From NCBI RefSeq assembly GCF_009914755.1, contig NC_060940.1: DNA of 64,000 nt. The stretch is one strand, 5' to 3'. Shown here piece after piece: positions 1-16,811 of the stretch; the first letter of the stretch is position 1; each line of letters starts with the position of its first letter. The notes under the pieces are model-generated. The model saw nothing but the letters and a program-made list of their open reading frames with translations. It was not told where the DNA came from and did not search any database. The position numbers and the translations under genes are program-made. This DNA is from the human T2T-CHM13v2.0 reference genome, Homo sapiens.

Positions 1-6
1 TTTTTT

Positions 7-288
7 GGCAGGGCATGGTGGCTCACTCCTGTAATCCCAGCGCTTTGGGAGTCCAAAGCTGGAGAATCACTTGAGGCAAGGAGTGAGACCCTGTTTCTAC
101 AAAAAAAAAAAAAAAAAAAAAAAAAAAATTAGTCCGGTGTGGTGATGTGCACAATGTGGTCCCAGCTACTCGGGAGGCTGAGGCAGGAGGATTGCTTGAA
201 CCCAGGAGATCAGGGCTACCGTGAGCTGGTGTCATGCCACTGCACTCCAGCATGAGCAATAGACTGACACCCTGTCTCAAAAAAAAAA
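7..288 (+). mobile_element. Alu (AluJ-like) with expanded middle A-tract
   Basis: Dimeric Alu sequence; about 27 A at 102-128. Confidence 0.9.
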
Positions 289-1021
289 TCCTGATTATAA
301 AGAAATATAAGTCTATTAGAATTTTTTAAAGTAGCACCAGGACAGAAAAAGAAAAATCACTTGTAATCTCATCACCCAAAAATAGCCACTATTGAAGAGA
401 TTTGAAGTACCTCTTCCCAGTCTTTTTTATTTGTATTTAGAGTGTCTGTGTAAAACACATTTAGATCATTCTAGGTAAATCATTTTGCATTCTCTCGTTT
501 CACTTGGTATCATATCACGAGCAGTTTTGTGTCTTTAAATATTATCTCTGAATGGCCTTAACGGCCGCATGATGTCTCTGTTAACTTCCCACGGCTAGGC
601 ACTGAAGTTATTTGTTGTTATTACTGCCATGGTGATCTTTATATCCACATTTTAGTGTAGGATTCTGATTATTTCTCTAGGGTCAGCTCCTGTGAAGAGA
701 ATTGCTGGGCCCTTTAAGATTCTTGGCAAAGACTGTCAACATGCTTCCCAGAAAAACATGTATTGACGCCAGCTGTGTATGAGTATGCCTGTCAGGCCTC
801 ACCCTCCTTGGTACGGGGTATTGTCATTTTAGTTGCTAATTTGATTGCAAGTTTTATTTTGTATTTCTACTGTGTTTCAATTTTTCCAGGACTATTGACC
901 ATTTGTTGTTTTGTTTGCTGTCAGTTTTTTAGTATTGAGTCTATAACGATCTTGATTTTTTTTCTGTCGGTTTTTGTTTCTTTTAGATGTTTTTTGATGC
1001 GGCTGTGCTTCTTACTTATAA

Positions 1022-1384
<363 letters not shown>

Positions 1385-1925
1385 TAAATCTTTTTCTTTT
1401 ACTTTTTCTACATAATTATTTTGACCCATAGTGGTTTTTAATTTTTACCTAATCAAATCCGGTGACTTTTTTTGTGTGGAATTTCTTCCGTTTGTAGTAT
1501 GCGTGATTGTGGGAACAAGTTTCTGCTTGCTTTTCTTGAAAAAATTAGCTATTTGTGTTTGCTCATTTTCTAGATAAGCTTTAAACCTCGATTCCAGTAG
1601 AAAAATAATTAACCGGGATTCCAATTATAATTTTTTAAGCTGCCTAGGTTGCTTTTAAGAGGAGTAATGAGTATTGAGTAAAATTCTTGTCTGGCATTGG
1701 CCTGGTAGTCTCTTAGAATTCATTGTTGTGAACAAAAAAAGAAAACTGGCTTAAAATTGAAGCAAGAAGCCCTGAAAATCACTGTTTTACGTTAAAAGGG
1801 GGTTTATTGATTGAATTAACAAAAGTTTTGTCTTGATCAGACAATGGCATGATCAAGGACTTGGTGTTATGTGGACCTAGTCTGTCTCTGTGTTGGTCTG
1901 TCTGTATTTCTCTCCCTGGTCTATC

Positions 1926-2348
<423 letters not shown>

Positions 2349-2743
2349 TAGTTCATGTTCAGTGTGGAAAGGGGGCTCCTGCCTCTGTGCCAGGAGGCTG
2401 TGCTCAGGTTCCTGGGGTTGCGCCGACTCCAGCATGCTCATCTAAGAACCCATAGCTGGCCAAGGAGGTTGCCCAGCTCTGAGTGGCCAGGCCCAAGTCA
2501 CATGCCACTCCTGAAGCTGGGTTGGAGTCAGGCCTGGGGTAAAGTCAGTGGAATGTGAGAGCTGGGGAGAATTGGCTTCCCCAGCCAAAAATGGGTGCTC
2601 TTTCCCAGAAGTTGGGTGTATGGGGGTTTAGGTTTCTGATATACAGTAAATGTTAATAATAATTGCTTGTGAGCGGTGGACTACAGCCTTGAACCCAACT
2701 TGTTTGACTTCTTGGGAGGAGAAGGAAGCTACCAGTGCCCTGA

Positions 2744-2843
2744 TTTTATTTATTTATTTATTTATTTATAGTGGCATTAGATTCTCATAGGAGAATCTAA
2801 TTATATATAATAATATATATATATATATATATTTTTTTTTTTT
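2744..2843. repeat. (TTTA)n, (TA)n and poly-T microsatellite cluster enclosing a MER1-like 30-mer
   Basis: Read directly from the sequence. Confidence 0.85.
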
Positions 2844-3025
2844 AAGAAGAGGAGTTACATTCAATCCTCATCTTGAATCCTGTGAGTCTTGATGTTCATA
2901 GTCCACTTGTCTTTTATCTGGAAAGTGGCCATCTCTGTCTGTGAGTGGTCGGAGAATTAGTCGGCTAAGTTTCCTAGAGAAGAGCATCCCTCCCAGGGGT
3001 TCAGCTGTGTCTGATTTGGCCGGCT

Positions 3026-3405
3026 CTTTTCTTCTTCTTTTCTTCTTCTCTTCTTCTTCTCTTCTTCTTCTCTTCTTCCTCTCTTCTTCTCTTCTTCTTT
3101 TCTTCTTGTCTTCTCTTCTCTTTTTTTTTTTGAGGCAGGGTCTTACTGTGTCACCCAGGCTGGAGTACAATGACGCAATCACAGCTCACTGCAGCCTCAA
3201 CCTACCAGGCTCCAGCAATCCTCCCACCTCAGCCCCACCCTGAGTAGCTGGGACTGCAGGTGCCCACCACCACGCCTTGCTGGGTTTTTTTTTGTATTTT
3301 TGGTAGTGACAGGGTTTTGCCACATAGCCCAGGCTGGACTCAAGCAGTGCTTCCACCTCAGCCTCCCAAAGTGCTAGGATTGCAGGTGTGGGCCACCATA
3401 CCCAA
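3026..3405 (-). mobile_element. AluJ-like element whose tail is a degenerate (GAA)n/(CTT)n repeat (3026-3132)
   Basis: About 105 nt of almost pure C/T followed by tgaggcagggtcttactgtgtcacccaggctgg. Confidence 0.9.
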
Positions 3406-4003
3406 CCATTCCCCACCCCCAAAACCCTACCGCATCTCTCAGTTCAGCAGGAGCCTCATCTTTGGAGAGGCCCCTGGCTGTGGAGGCTCCTGGGGAGTGG
3501 CAGTTCACATGTCCGTCTTTCACGTGTCCTGGCCTGTGGGCTGGAATAATGGAACTGTGGGTGGCACACAGCAGAGACACTATTTGTCTTCTCGCTCTTT
3601 CTGTATCTTTCAGTGCAGGCCTGGCATCTCTTGGGCACACACCGATTCGTGCATGTAGTTGACAGTGAATAAGCTAAATGTGCATTTGATGCCACTCTAG
3701 GGCGTATGCCAGATACTGGGTTAGGCTTCATGTGCTCCAGGTGACCAAAGTCTGACCCCCTAGCCTGGACAGGTTTCCTGTCTGGCCCTCGCTGATCTCT
3801 GAACCTGTGCCACTTTTGTTCTGCTGCCCTGCCATTCCTCTCTTACACACCTGATGTCTCCTGCAGTTGGTAAGTATTTGATGTCTCTATGATGAATTTA
3901 TTAATAGTTTAATAAGAACACATTAGGCTCAGGGACTCAGTACCGTGTGAGATTGTTAGCTAACTTTTACTAGATCCTGCTGGTTATTCTTGATCTGTTA
4001 GGA

Positions 4004-4710
4004 CAGCAGCCTCCAACCTTTTGGGCAACAGGGACCTGTTTCATGGAAGACAATTTTTTCATGGACCAGTCTGATACCCTATTTTGGCCCAGACATTTTG
4101 GGGCATGTAATTGGGTTGAATAGTTGTATGATTGGGCTTCAGGTCCATCCATTTAGAAGACATCAGAGGCTGGATTGCAGGCCTGGTTCTACCCTCATGG
4201 GGGCCTGGTGGGCTCATTCACCCTCTCAGAGCACCAGGTGGCTTCTCTGCTCAGACAGAAGCACCTCCTGGTGCACCTGCATCAGAGACTCATGCGGATT
4301 AAGTAGGGTAATAACTGTTAAAACTTTGTATCTTTGCATAAGTCCATTCAGCATGTCTGGAACCATTGTCAAATGTCATGGAGTCCTTTGTGGCTCTGGT
4401 AGAGGTTAGGTTCTCACCAATAAAATTACTCTACTGGTGGTGGGGGTGGTGGTTTCAAGATAAAACTGTTCCACCTCAGATCATCAGGCATTAGATTTTC
4501 ACAAGGAGTGCTCAGCCTAGATCCCATGGGTGCGCAGCTCACAATACGGTTCATGCACCTCTGAGATTCTAATGCCACCTCTGATCTGACAGGAGGTGGA
4601 GCTCAGGCGGTGATGCTCACTCACCCGCCACTCAACTCCTGCTGTGTGGCCTGGTTCCTAACAGGCCACAACCATTACAGGTCTGTGGCCTTGGGGGTTG
4701 GAGACCCCTG
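4004..4710 (-). mobile_element. MER1B-like hAT/Charlie MITE, interrupted by about 365 bp of unrelated sequence (4070-4435)
   Basis: Ends cagcagcctccaaccttttggg...ggaagacaatttttt and ...gggggttggagacccctg match remembered MER1B termini; internal ttccacctcagatcatcaggcattagatt; degenerate 8-bp TSD tgttagga/ccttaggg. Confidence 0.8.
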
Positions 4711-4786
4711 CCTTAGGGTGCCAAAGTGGAGTCTAGAATTCTGAGAGTGGAAGAAAGGACTGTTTTTTCCTTGATAAAATCATACA

Positions 4787-5081
4787 AGCCAGGCACGATG
4801 GTTCACATCTGTAATCCCAGCACTTTGGGAAGCTGAGATGGGAAGATCACTTGCAGTCAGGAGTTTGAGACCAGCCTGGCCAACATGGAGAAACACTGTC
4901 TCTACCAAAAATACAAAAATTAGCTGGGCATGGTGGTGCATGCCTGTAATCCCAGCTGCTCTGGAGGCTGTGGCAGGAGAATTGCTTGAAACCTGGGAGG
5001 CAGCGGTTGCAGTGAGCCGAGATCATGCCATTGCACTCCAGCCTAGGTGACAGAGACTCCATCTCAAAGAAAAAAAAAAAA
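4787..5081 (+). mobile_element. Alu (AluS-like)
   Basis: Full dimer with A-tail. Confidence 0.92.
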
Positions 5082-5615
5082 TCATCCAAATCACCTATGC
5101 AGAATGGAGGGTTTCTTGTGTGCTTCCTGGAAGCAAAATTATCTTTTCAGTACTGATCAGAGCCCTGGTATCTAAATGAAGGATGGTTTGCCACTGTTTG
5201 AGAAACACTTCAGCATCTTTAAGCTGGAGGGAGTGGTGTGGATGCTTAAGAAGAAGATCCCTGGTTAATGCTCAAACACAGATGTGCGTTGCTGGCAGAG
5301 TCACATTTCTCACCATTTGTTACTGCTACTTAATTTGAAATGACAGTTTTGTGTTCTCAAAAGAACAGTCATGTTTCTCCTTTCAGATTTGTTTTGGCAA
5401 TTTATTAGCAGATCTAATTATAATATTTGTTTGATGAAGCGTCAGGTAGGAGCCACCTAAGTGGTGGTAGCATCGCTTTAAAAATAAGTCTGAAAGGGCA
5501 TAGTTTTCTTACAGTGATAGAAAACATTGATTCCCCGCCCCCCTAACAAAAATTACTCCTAAATGGTATATTTAAATTGAACAATGGGAAGATTTTTGTT
5601 GTTGGATTCCTTAAG

Positions 5616-5850
5616 TAGTGGTTGAGAGCATATGCTCTGAAATTGGTTGTTCTTACAGCGGAATCCTGGCATTGCTCCCTATGAGCTGTGTGACCTCAGC
5701 TGAGTTATTTAACATCCCCCAGTCTCAGTATTTTCATCTGTTAAATGGGGTAATGAGAAGCTCCCTCACAAGTTTGTTGAGGTGTTACGTACATGATCCA
5801 TATATTTAACATGCGGTGACAGGTTATGTAAAGCGCTCAGTAACTGTGAC
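5616..5850 (+). mobile_element. MIR
   Basis: gctgtgtgacct...agtctcagtattttcatctgttaaatgggg core. Confidence 0.75.
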
Positions 5851-6818
5851 TGCTACTTTCATTTTTGACAAACATGTCAAAGATGACATGTTTGAATTCA
5901 TGTCATCTGCTTGGGTTTTGAATTATAGTGACAACTGCCTAGATTTTTTTTTTTGTAATGTAGGAGATGCTGACTTCTTCTAGTTATATTTATGGGGCAG
6001 AAGTCTGTTAAACATCTTTAAAATTAGAGTGATTGTAGTTTATTTATTTATTTTTTCCTTTTTGACCAAACAAAAACCCGTCGTTGTGATTTAGCCTCCC
6101 TTGCTACCACTCCTCCTCCTGGTTTATAGAACTAGTCACAGGCCTTGGTCAGTGAATTCTGAAACAAGGATTTTTCCTGCAGGAGTGGCATCTGTTTCCT
6201 TGGCTGGAAACACACTTGTGTTGGCAGCTCTGGGGCAGGCAGCTTTGTGGTTGATGGTGAGGGTAGGGAGAGATGAAGTGCTTGAGACACAGAGTTTCTG
6301 CTGCAGGAACTGGGTTGTTAGGAAGGCACTGGGGCTGCAGGTTACGTGTTTGGACCTATCAGTCATTTGACTGTGGGAGAGTAACTTGCTTAAGCCCCAG
6401 AATCATCTTCTGTGAAATAGGGATATTAACAATGCTTAATGAGTAGGTTTTTGAACAGAGTGGATAAGTCAACAAAAGGTTAACATCCTACCTGGTGTGT
6501 GGGAAGCACTCCATAAACAGCAGCTGCTGTGTTTCTATCTCTGTTATTACTTCCCACATAAAGCACAGGTGATGACCAAGAGGGTGTCAACCTATGTCAA
6601 CTTTGTTATCCTTCCGTTGGAGTCTGTAATTGAGGCTGATGTATATTAACATGGAAATAAGGTCTCAGGAAGCAAGAGGGTGCAGCTGACAGGCAGCGCT
6701 GCAGGCAGACAGCTCATAATTTTCTCCTCCTTTCTGGGTGGGTCACAGTTGGGACTAGTCTCTGGATTAAAAACAGTGCTAATGCCCTCAATGTCTGCAT
6801 GAAAAAAAAAGAAACATT

Positions 6819-7115
6819 GGCCAGGCATGGTGGCTCACGCTTGTAATCCCAGCACTTTGGGAGGCTGGGGCAGGCAGATCACTTCAGGTCAGGAGTTTGA
6901 GACCAGCCTGGCCAATGTGGTGAAACCCCATCTCTCTTAAAAATACTAAAATTAGCTGGGTGTAGTGGCACACTCCTGTAATCCCAGCTACTCAGGAGGC
7001 TGAGGCAGGAGAATTGCTTGGACCTGGGAGGCGAAGTTGTAGTGAGCCGAGATCGTGCCACTGGGTGACAGAGCGAGACTCCATCTCCATAAAAAAGAAA
7101 TAACAACAAAAAAAC
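6819..7115 (+). mobile_element. Alu (AluSx-like)
   Basis: Dimeric Alu sequence. Confidence 0.92.
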
Positions 7116-8853
7116 CCAGTGTTAACCCTGATCTTTCATGGTTGACTCCCTGAGTCAAAGGTCAGGCTTTATATGTGACCAGCACAGAAGGGCCAATTGG
7201 TGGTATTCTTAGAACAATGACCCGGGCCCACAGCAGTCACTGGCAATAGTAACAGCTGCATAGGGTCTGCTTAGGTCTGGATGTTGGGGATGGATCTGGC
7301 ATGGCTTTTTGTGGAAGACATGTTGGAACTCAGGTCTGTGGGAGAGGAAGGTGTCCCCTCCCCTCGGCAGGTTTGTCTCCTTGCCTTGGATATGGGGAAG
7401 GCCAGAGGCACAAGGGGAAACAGGGTGTCAGGAGGTTGAGAAGAGGCCTGTGTTGCTAGAACTCAGAGAGTGAGGGGAGCAGGGCCTTGTAGGTCCCTGG
7501 AAAGGTTTGATCTTTATCCTAAGAAAGATAGAAAACCTTTGAAGAGTCCTAAACTGAGGGCTGGTGGTATCAGCCCTGCATTTTAAATTGATCACCTTCC
7601 CTATACGACGGGGAGAGAATTCAGGAAGGCAGAGGCCGGTATGGGGTGACCATTTGGCCGTTATAGCAGTCATCTTAGCAAGGGATGGAGGCTGGCTCTT
7701 CAGGTGGAGATGATGGGAATTAAAATAAGTTCAAAGGGTATGGGAGATAAAGTGGACAAGACCAGGAGTCCATGGCTTGCATTTTTCGACAAAACTCTAT
7801 TATCAGGATATATTCCTCCTGTAGCCTTTCTTCCTTTACTTAATTTTCTTATGGCCCGCACAGTCTATCTCCTCCTGTTTTTCCCTCAAAATCATTCTAT
7901 GGGTAAAAATAAATACCTTCCGACTTACAGCAGCTCCTCTTCCAGATGATGTAAATGAGTGAGTGACTGCAGTGAGCAGTGACTTGTCACGAGAAAGGAA
8001 CTGGGCACCTGTGATTGACATGGGCACAGAGTTTCTTCCTGGAGAGCCATCAGGTCCATGTTCCATTTACCAAGTGCTCAGCAGGGCCTGCATTTCGTAG
8101 TGGCATGACCCAGTGGAGGATTTCAATGTGGTTTAGTTTATTTTCAGCCTCAAGGTTTAAAAAGTCCCACTTCCCAGCGGCCTCCAGACTAGTTTTTAAT
8201 TTTTTTAAATGTTAAGGTTGGGTTCCTTACATGGCATTCTCAGGAAGTACTGTTGGAGAGTCTTCCAAAAGTAAACCAGTTATGACCACATGTGCTTCTT
8301 AGTCCAACCCTGCAGTTGTACAAGAGTGACAGTAAATCTAACTTTTATCCCAGAGAAAGGAAGATAATGCGTGGTGTGTTGTTTACCACACACTGTGTAG
8401 AATTACCATGGAACAAGGGCAGGGCTGACCCCTCTTCCCCTCCACTGCAGCCCTCCCACCTCCCCAGGCCCACCGTAATCAGATGCTGAGATTGTCACAG
8501 CAGCTTCCCCGCTGCCCTCCCTGCTTTCATTCTGGTGATGCCCCTCTCCTGTGAGGCTTCTCTGTAGCCAGGTGATCCTTTGAAAATAGAAGTTGGCTCA
8601 TGTCACTGTTGGGCCCTCTGAGGGAACCCTTTAAGGCTTCCCTTCCTACCTGGAACACAATCATATCCTGAGCCTGGCCCTCATCCCCACAGGATCCAGC
8701 CCTGGCCTCTTCCTCCTCCCTCAGACATGCCCAATCGTTGTTCTTCATCGTGTTGCATCTTGGGTGGTCCCTTGCTCTTGCTTCCCCTGTTTCCTGGAGT
8801 TCTTCCTCTCCATCTTTACATGGCTCTCTTCCTCTCCCCATCCAGATCTCTGC

Positions 8854-9175
8854 TTTTTTTTTTTTTTCTTTTTTTGAGACAGTCTCACTCTATCACCCAG
8901 GCTGGAGTACAGTGGTGCAATCTCAGCTCACTGCAACGTCTGCCTCCTGGGTTCAAGTGATTCTCCTGCCTCAGCCTCCTGAGCGATTACAGGCGTGCAC
9001 CACCATGCCTGGCTAGTTTTTGTATTTTTAGTAGAGTAGTAGTTTTTGTATTTTTAGTGGCGAGGGGGTCTCGCCAGATTGGCCAGGCTGGTCTTGAACT
9101 CCTGATCTCAAGTGATCCGCCTCCCTCTGCCCCCAAAGTGCTGGGATTACAGGCATGAGCCACCGCACCCAGCCA
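8854..9175 (-). mobile_element. Alu with a short internal duplication of the linker
   Basis: Reverse Alu; tagtttttgtatttttagt occurs twice (9014-9058). Confidence 0.9.
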
Positions 9176-9496
9176 GGTTTCTGCTTAAATGTCACTTTAT
9201 CAGGAGGTCATTTTATCTAGAATGGCACTTCTGGCACTGCTTTATTTTTCTGTGCAGCTTTTAGCAGCACATGATATAAAAATGCATTCATCTTTTGGTC
9301 TGTCTGACTCCCCCAGTAGAATCTAACCTCCTTAAGAGTAAGGACTGTTCTATTCTCTGCCGAGTCTTAGTGTCCAGAACAGTGAGTAGTGTGGAGCATG
9401 CTGTAGTAATGTTTGTTGCTTGCATGAGTACCTGGGAAGTGCGGTGCTGGGTCCACATGATTCTGTCTCTGATAGTAAGGAGATGTTTTCTTTAAA

Positions 9497-10015
9497 TACT
9501 TTTGCTTAACAAACCATTCCCAAAATGAGTGGCTTAAAACAACTCCGATTTTGGTTACTAACAATTGGGTGAGTCAGGGGTTCAGTCAGGGTGTGATGAT
9601 TGAGGCAGCTGTGATGGGGACAGCTCATCTCTGCTCCATGATGTCTGAGGCCTCAGCTCATGGCGGAAATGATTGGAAGGGCCTGGGCCAACTCAATGAA
9701 GGCCAAGGTGTCTGGGTCCTTGGCTCTGGCTGCTGGCCGAGTCCTGCCATTTTCCTTCACATTGCATCCCCACATGGCTGGCTTGGGCTTATTCATACCA
9801 CAGTGGTCTCAGAGTTCTAAGAGGGAACATCCTGAAAGACAAGCCCACGTGCAAGGCTCATCAAGCCTCTGCTAGGCTCACATTTGCGAATACTCCACTG
9901 ACCAGAGTAAGTCACATGGCCAGGCCCAGAGTCAGTCCAGGACGGGACTGCACAAGCGTGTGGATCCCAGGAGGTGGGGTTCATTCCAGGCCACTGGTCT
10001 AACCACTGGCATTAC
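9497..10015 (-). mobile_element. MLT1-family (ERVL-MaLR) LTR remnant
   Basis: aacaaaccattcccaaaatgagtggcttaaaacaac and agtaagtcacatggccaggcccaga are typical of old MLT1 LTRs. Confidence 0.65.
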
Positions 10016-11660
10016 CATAGGTAGATGAAAGGACAGATTGTAGAACCAGCCTGCCGGGTCTGAATCTTCATGTAACCACTCTCTATTGATAGGACCCCAG
10101 GGAAATTGCTGAGCTTTTCTGTGTCTCTGTTTTTCTCATGGGCAAAATGAGGTGGAGAGTATTTCACAGGGAGATCATTGAGAATTAGGTGAATAATACA
10201 TGTAAAAGTTCTTAGACTACTTCTTGGTGCATAGGGAACACTGTATACGCTACTGGGTGACCAAAACCCACCTGTGTGCTGAGCTGTCCCGGCCCCATTA
10301 ACTCATGTATTCCTTTACTTACTCTTTCACACTGTTCCTGTTCTTATTTAATGTTAAACACCTGCAGGTCCCAGCCCTCTGCTAGGTTCTGTGATACAGG
10401 AGAATCCCTTCCTGGAGTTGGCAGGTGGGGAGGGCAGATCGACAGGTCAAGGAGCAATCTCAATGAAGTGTGGGCTCTCCCGGGTTGGGGAGCTCCAGTG
10501 CCAGGGGAGCCCAGAGCAGGAGCCCATCACCAGGACTGTGGTGGGGACAGGCAGGGAGAGCTTCCTGCAGGAACCAACATAAAACCAGCCTTGAAGGGTT
10601 AGACAGACTTAGGTGGCCAAAGGGTTCCAGGCAGGTGGAGGAGCATGTGCAAAGGCCCAGAGACAAGAGCGGGCACGGGAGTTGAAAGCCTTGTGCATAG
10701 AAACACACAGAAGGTAGCAGAGCCCCTGCCCAGCTCTCATGGGGAGCCAAAATATATAGTGGTCCTTTTGCAATTTTCAGTCTGTAGAAATGAGTGTCAG
10801 GCAAAGAGATACAAGTCAGAGCCCCAGGAGAGAAGCCACAGGTGGGAGCCGGGCAGAGGGCCATTCGGCCTCATGTTGCAATGGCCTGTCAGGCAGAAGA
10901 GGGTTTTAAGGTAGGTGTTAGCTGACCAGAAGCACAGCTATGGATCAAGGTGTTGGGAGCTTTTTCTGCAGGGCTCATGAGCCTCTTACCCACTTACCTC
11001 TCACTTGCTCCACTGGGTACTGGCTCGAAGCACAATGCAGAGCTTGATGCAGTCCTCGGGTTGTGTTTTGGGAGAAGGCTATTATTTGTTTCCATTCTTT
11101 AAGCACTCATTTTTGTGCCAGAGATGAAAAGCAGGCAGATCTGTGCACAGGTGGTTGAAGCACTGGGTTGTAACTGCCCCATGTGTGAGGTCCAGAGAGC
11201 AGGGCTGTCCTGGGTGGCTCAGGGCTGGCTTCCTGAAGGAGGTAGCATCTGAGCTCAGTGCAGAAAGACAAACGGGTTTTCTAGAAGAGCGACTGGGCTG
11301 GTGGCTTGGTCTCTTCCCAGAGAGCTCCAGTCGCCTGAAGTCCCCCTGGGCTGGTGCCTGGATCCCTGACCCCGGTACTGCAGTTACTCCTGCAGGCCGC
11401 GAGGTACTGGGAAGGATGGCGAAATAGACAGCTGCTGGCTGCTCCTCAGAGCTCCACGATGGCCCCCTTCTTCACCTTCAGGGCCCTGCCCTCTGGGCTG
11501 CGGGCCATGTGGCCAGGCTGCGCAGGACATCACCAAGATCCTGCTTTGTTGGGAGCATAGGCGCAAGGCAAACTTCCTGGGTTGGGGTCTTGACTGTGCC
11601 ATTTGCTGGCTTCCTGTCCTTGAGCAAAGTGCTTGTAAAGTCTGTGCCTCACTTGGTTCA

Positions 11661-12520
<860 letters not shown>

Positions 12521-13696
12521 CCATAACTAATTTCCTTGCAAGAAAATCACAGTATTCTCCCAAGCCCAGTTTACTCCCAGAAATCATCTCTTCTGCTCTT
12601 ACCAGCTTTCCCCAAATCCACAAGGGTTTCTGCATACAGAATTGAGTGACAAAGGAAACAGTCCACAAGCTACATCCACAAACTTCAAAGTGACAGATTT
12701 AAATGAAACTCTTCCTCTTCCTCTATCCTCCTGTCTAAAAGCTTTTGAATCCCCTGGCTGGAAGCTGGAAAGCTGGAGTTGCCAGAGAAGTCTGGTCTGG
12801 CCTCCCACCTGGCGGCTACCTCTCATCTCCTCTGGGTCCTCTGAGCCCCTGCCCCACTTCTTTAGCAACTGGCTTCTTGACCTTTCAGGAATTCAGTTTT
12901 CCTGTCTCTAAGATGGGGGAACACACATGCTTCCTTGGACTGATGGAACTCAGTAAGGCAGTGTGCCATTCTAAGTTCGTAGGAAGTGCTTGCTGAAATC
13001 ATCATCATCACCCAATAATAATCACATTATTTAGGCTTTGCCTCCCTGAACGTGTGTGCATTTCCCGGTTCCATCAGTGCCCTTTCTCGCTCCTGTCTGC
13101 ACCAGGTGACCTCCTGTCACCACAGCATTGCCTCCTTCTGGTCCTGGCAGCCCCGTTGCGGTGCCGAGGTGCCTGGTGCCTGTTCCGCTTCCCTGGCTCA
13201 CACCCCTAAGAGGCAGCCGCCATTGGAGGGGCTCTGGGCACCCAGCCATGGGGAGCCTTTGGTGGGCCGCCAGCTGTGTCTCCAAGCAGCACGGTGCCCA
13301 CAGTGAGGGAGCAGCTGGCTCTTCCAGCTGTCTAATTGCTCATCAGACCCACTTTAGCACCAGCTTAACAAATTCCACTCCTTCATCGCAAGCCATCTTT
13401 TTTTGTGACCTGGACTGGCAGCTGGGATAGGAGTGGGGGAGGGTTCTTGCGTTGGGTTTGAGAAATTTCCAGACCCAGATAGAGAAGCTATTGGTATTTA
13501 GGTCTTTGGGTCATTTTTGTGGGTCTAGCGGTTCTAGAGGCATGTTCAAGGGTTCATTCACGAGCTGTTCCCTAACCCTCCTGCCCCTCAGCAGCATGTG
13601 CCAGGCAAGTGCTTGAGATGAGAACAGCAGAGGTGGCGAGACAGTCATTCGGGCCATTACCTGTTGGTGACCATGCATTCGCCTTGATGTAGATCT

Positions 13697-15450
<1,754 letters not shown>

Positions 15451-15472
15451 AGGAATTGTTTCTTCCCATCAG

Positions 15473-16800
<1,328 letters not shown>

Positions 16801-16811
16801 TTTCCTGAGAA

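Noticed and set aside
4116-4130. 15-mer ttgaatagttgtatg shared with 23944-23958, as a possible donor of the MER1B insert
   Set aside because: Similarity does not extend beyond 15 nt; a few such matches are expected by chance in 64 kb.
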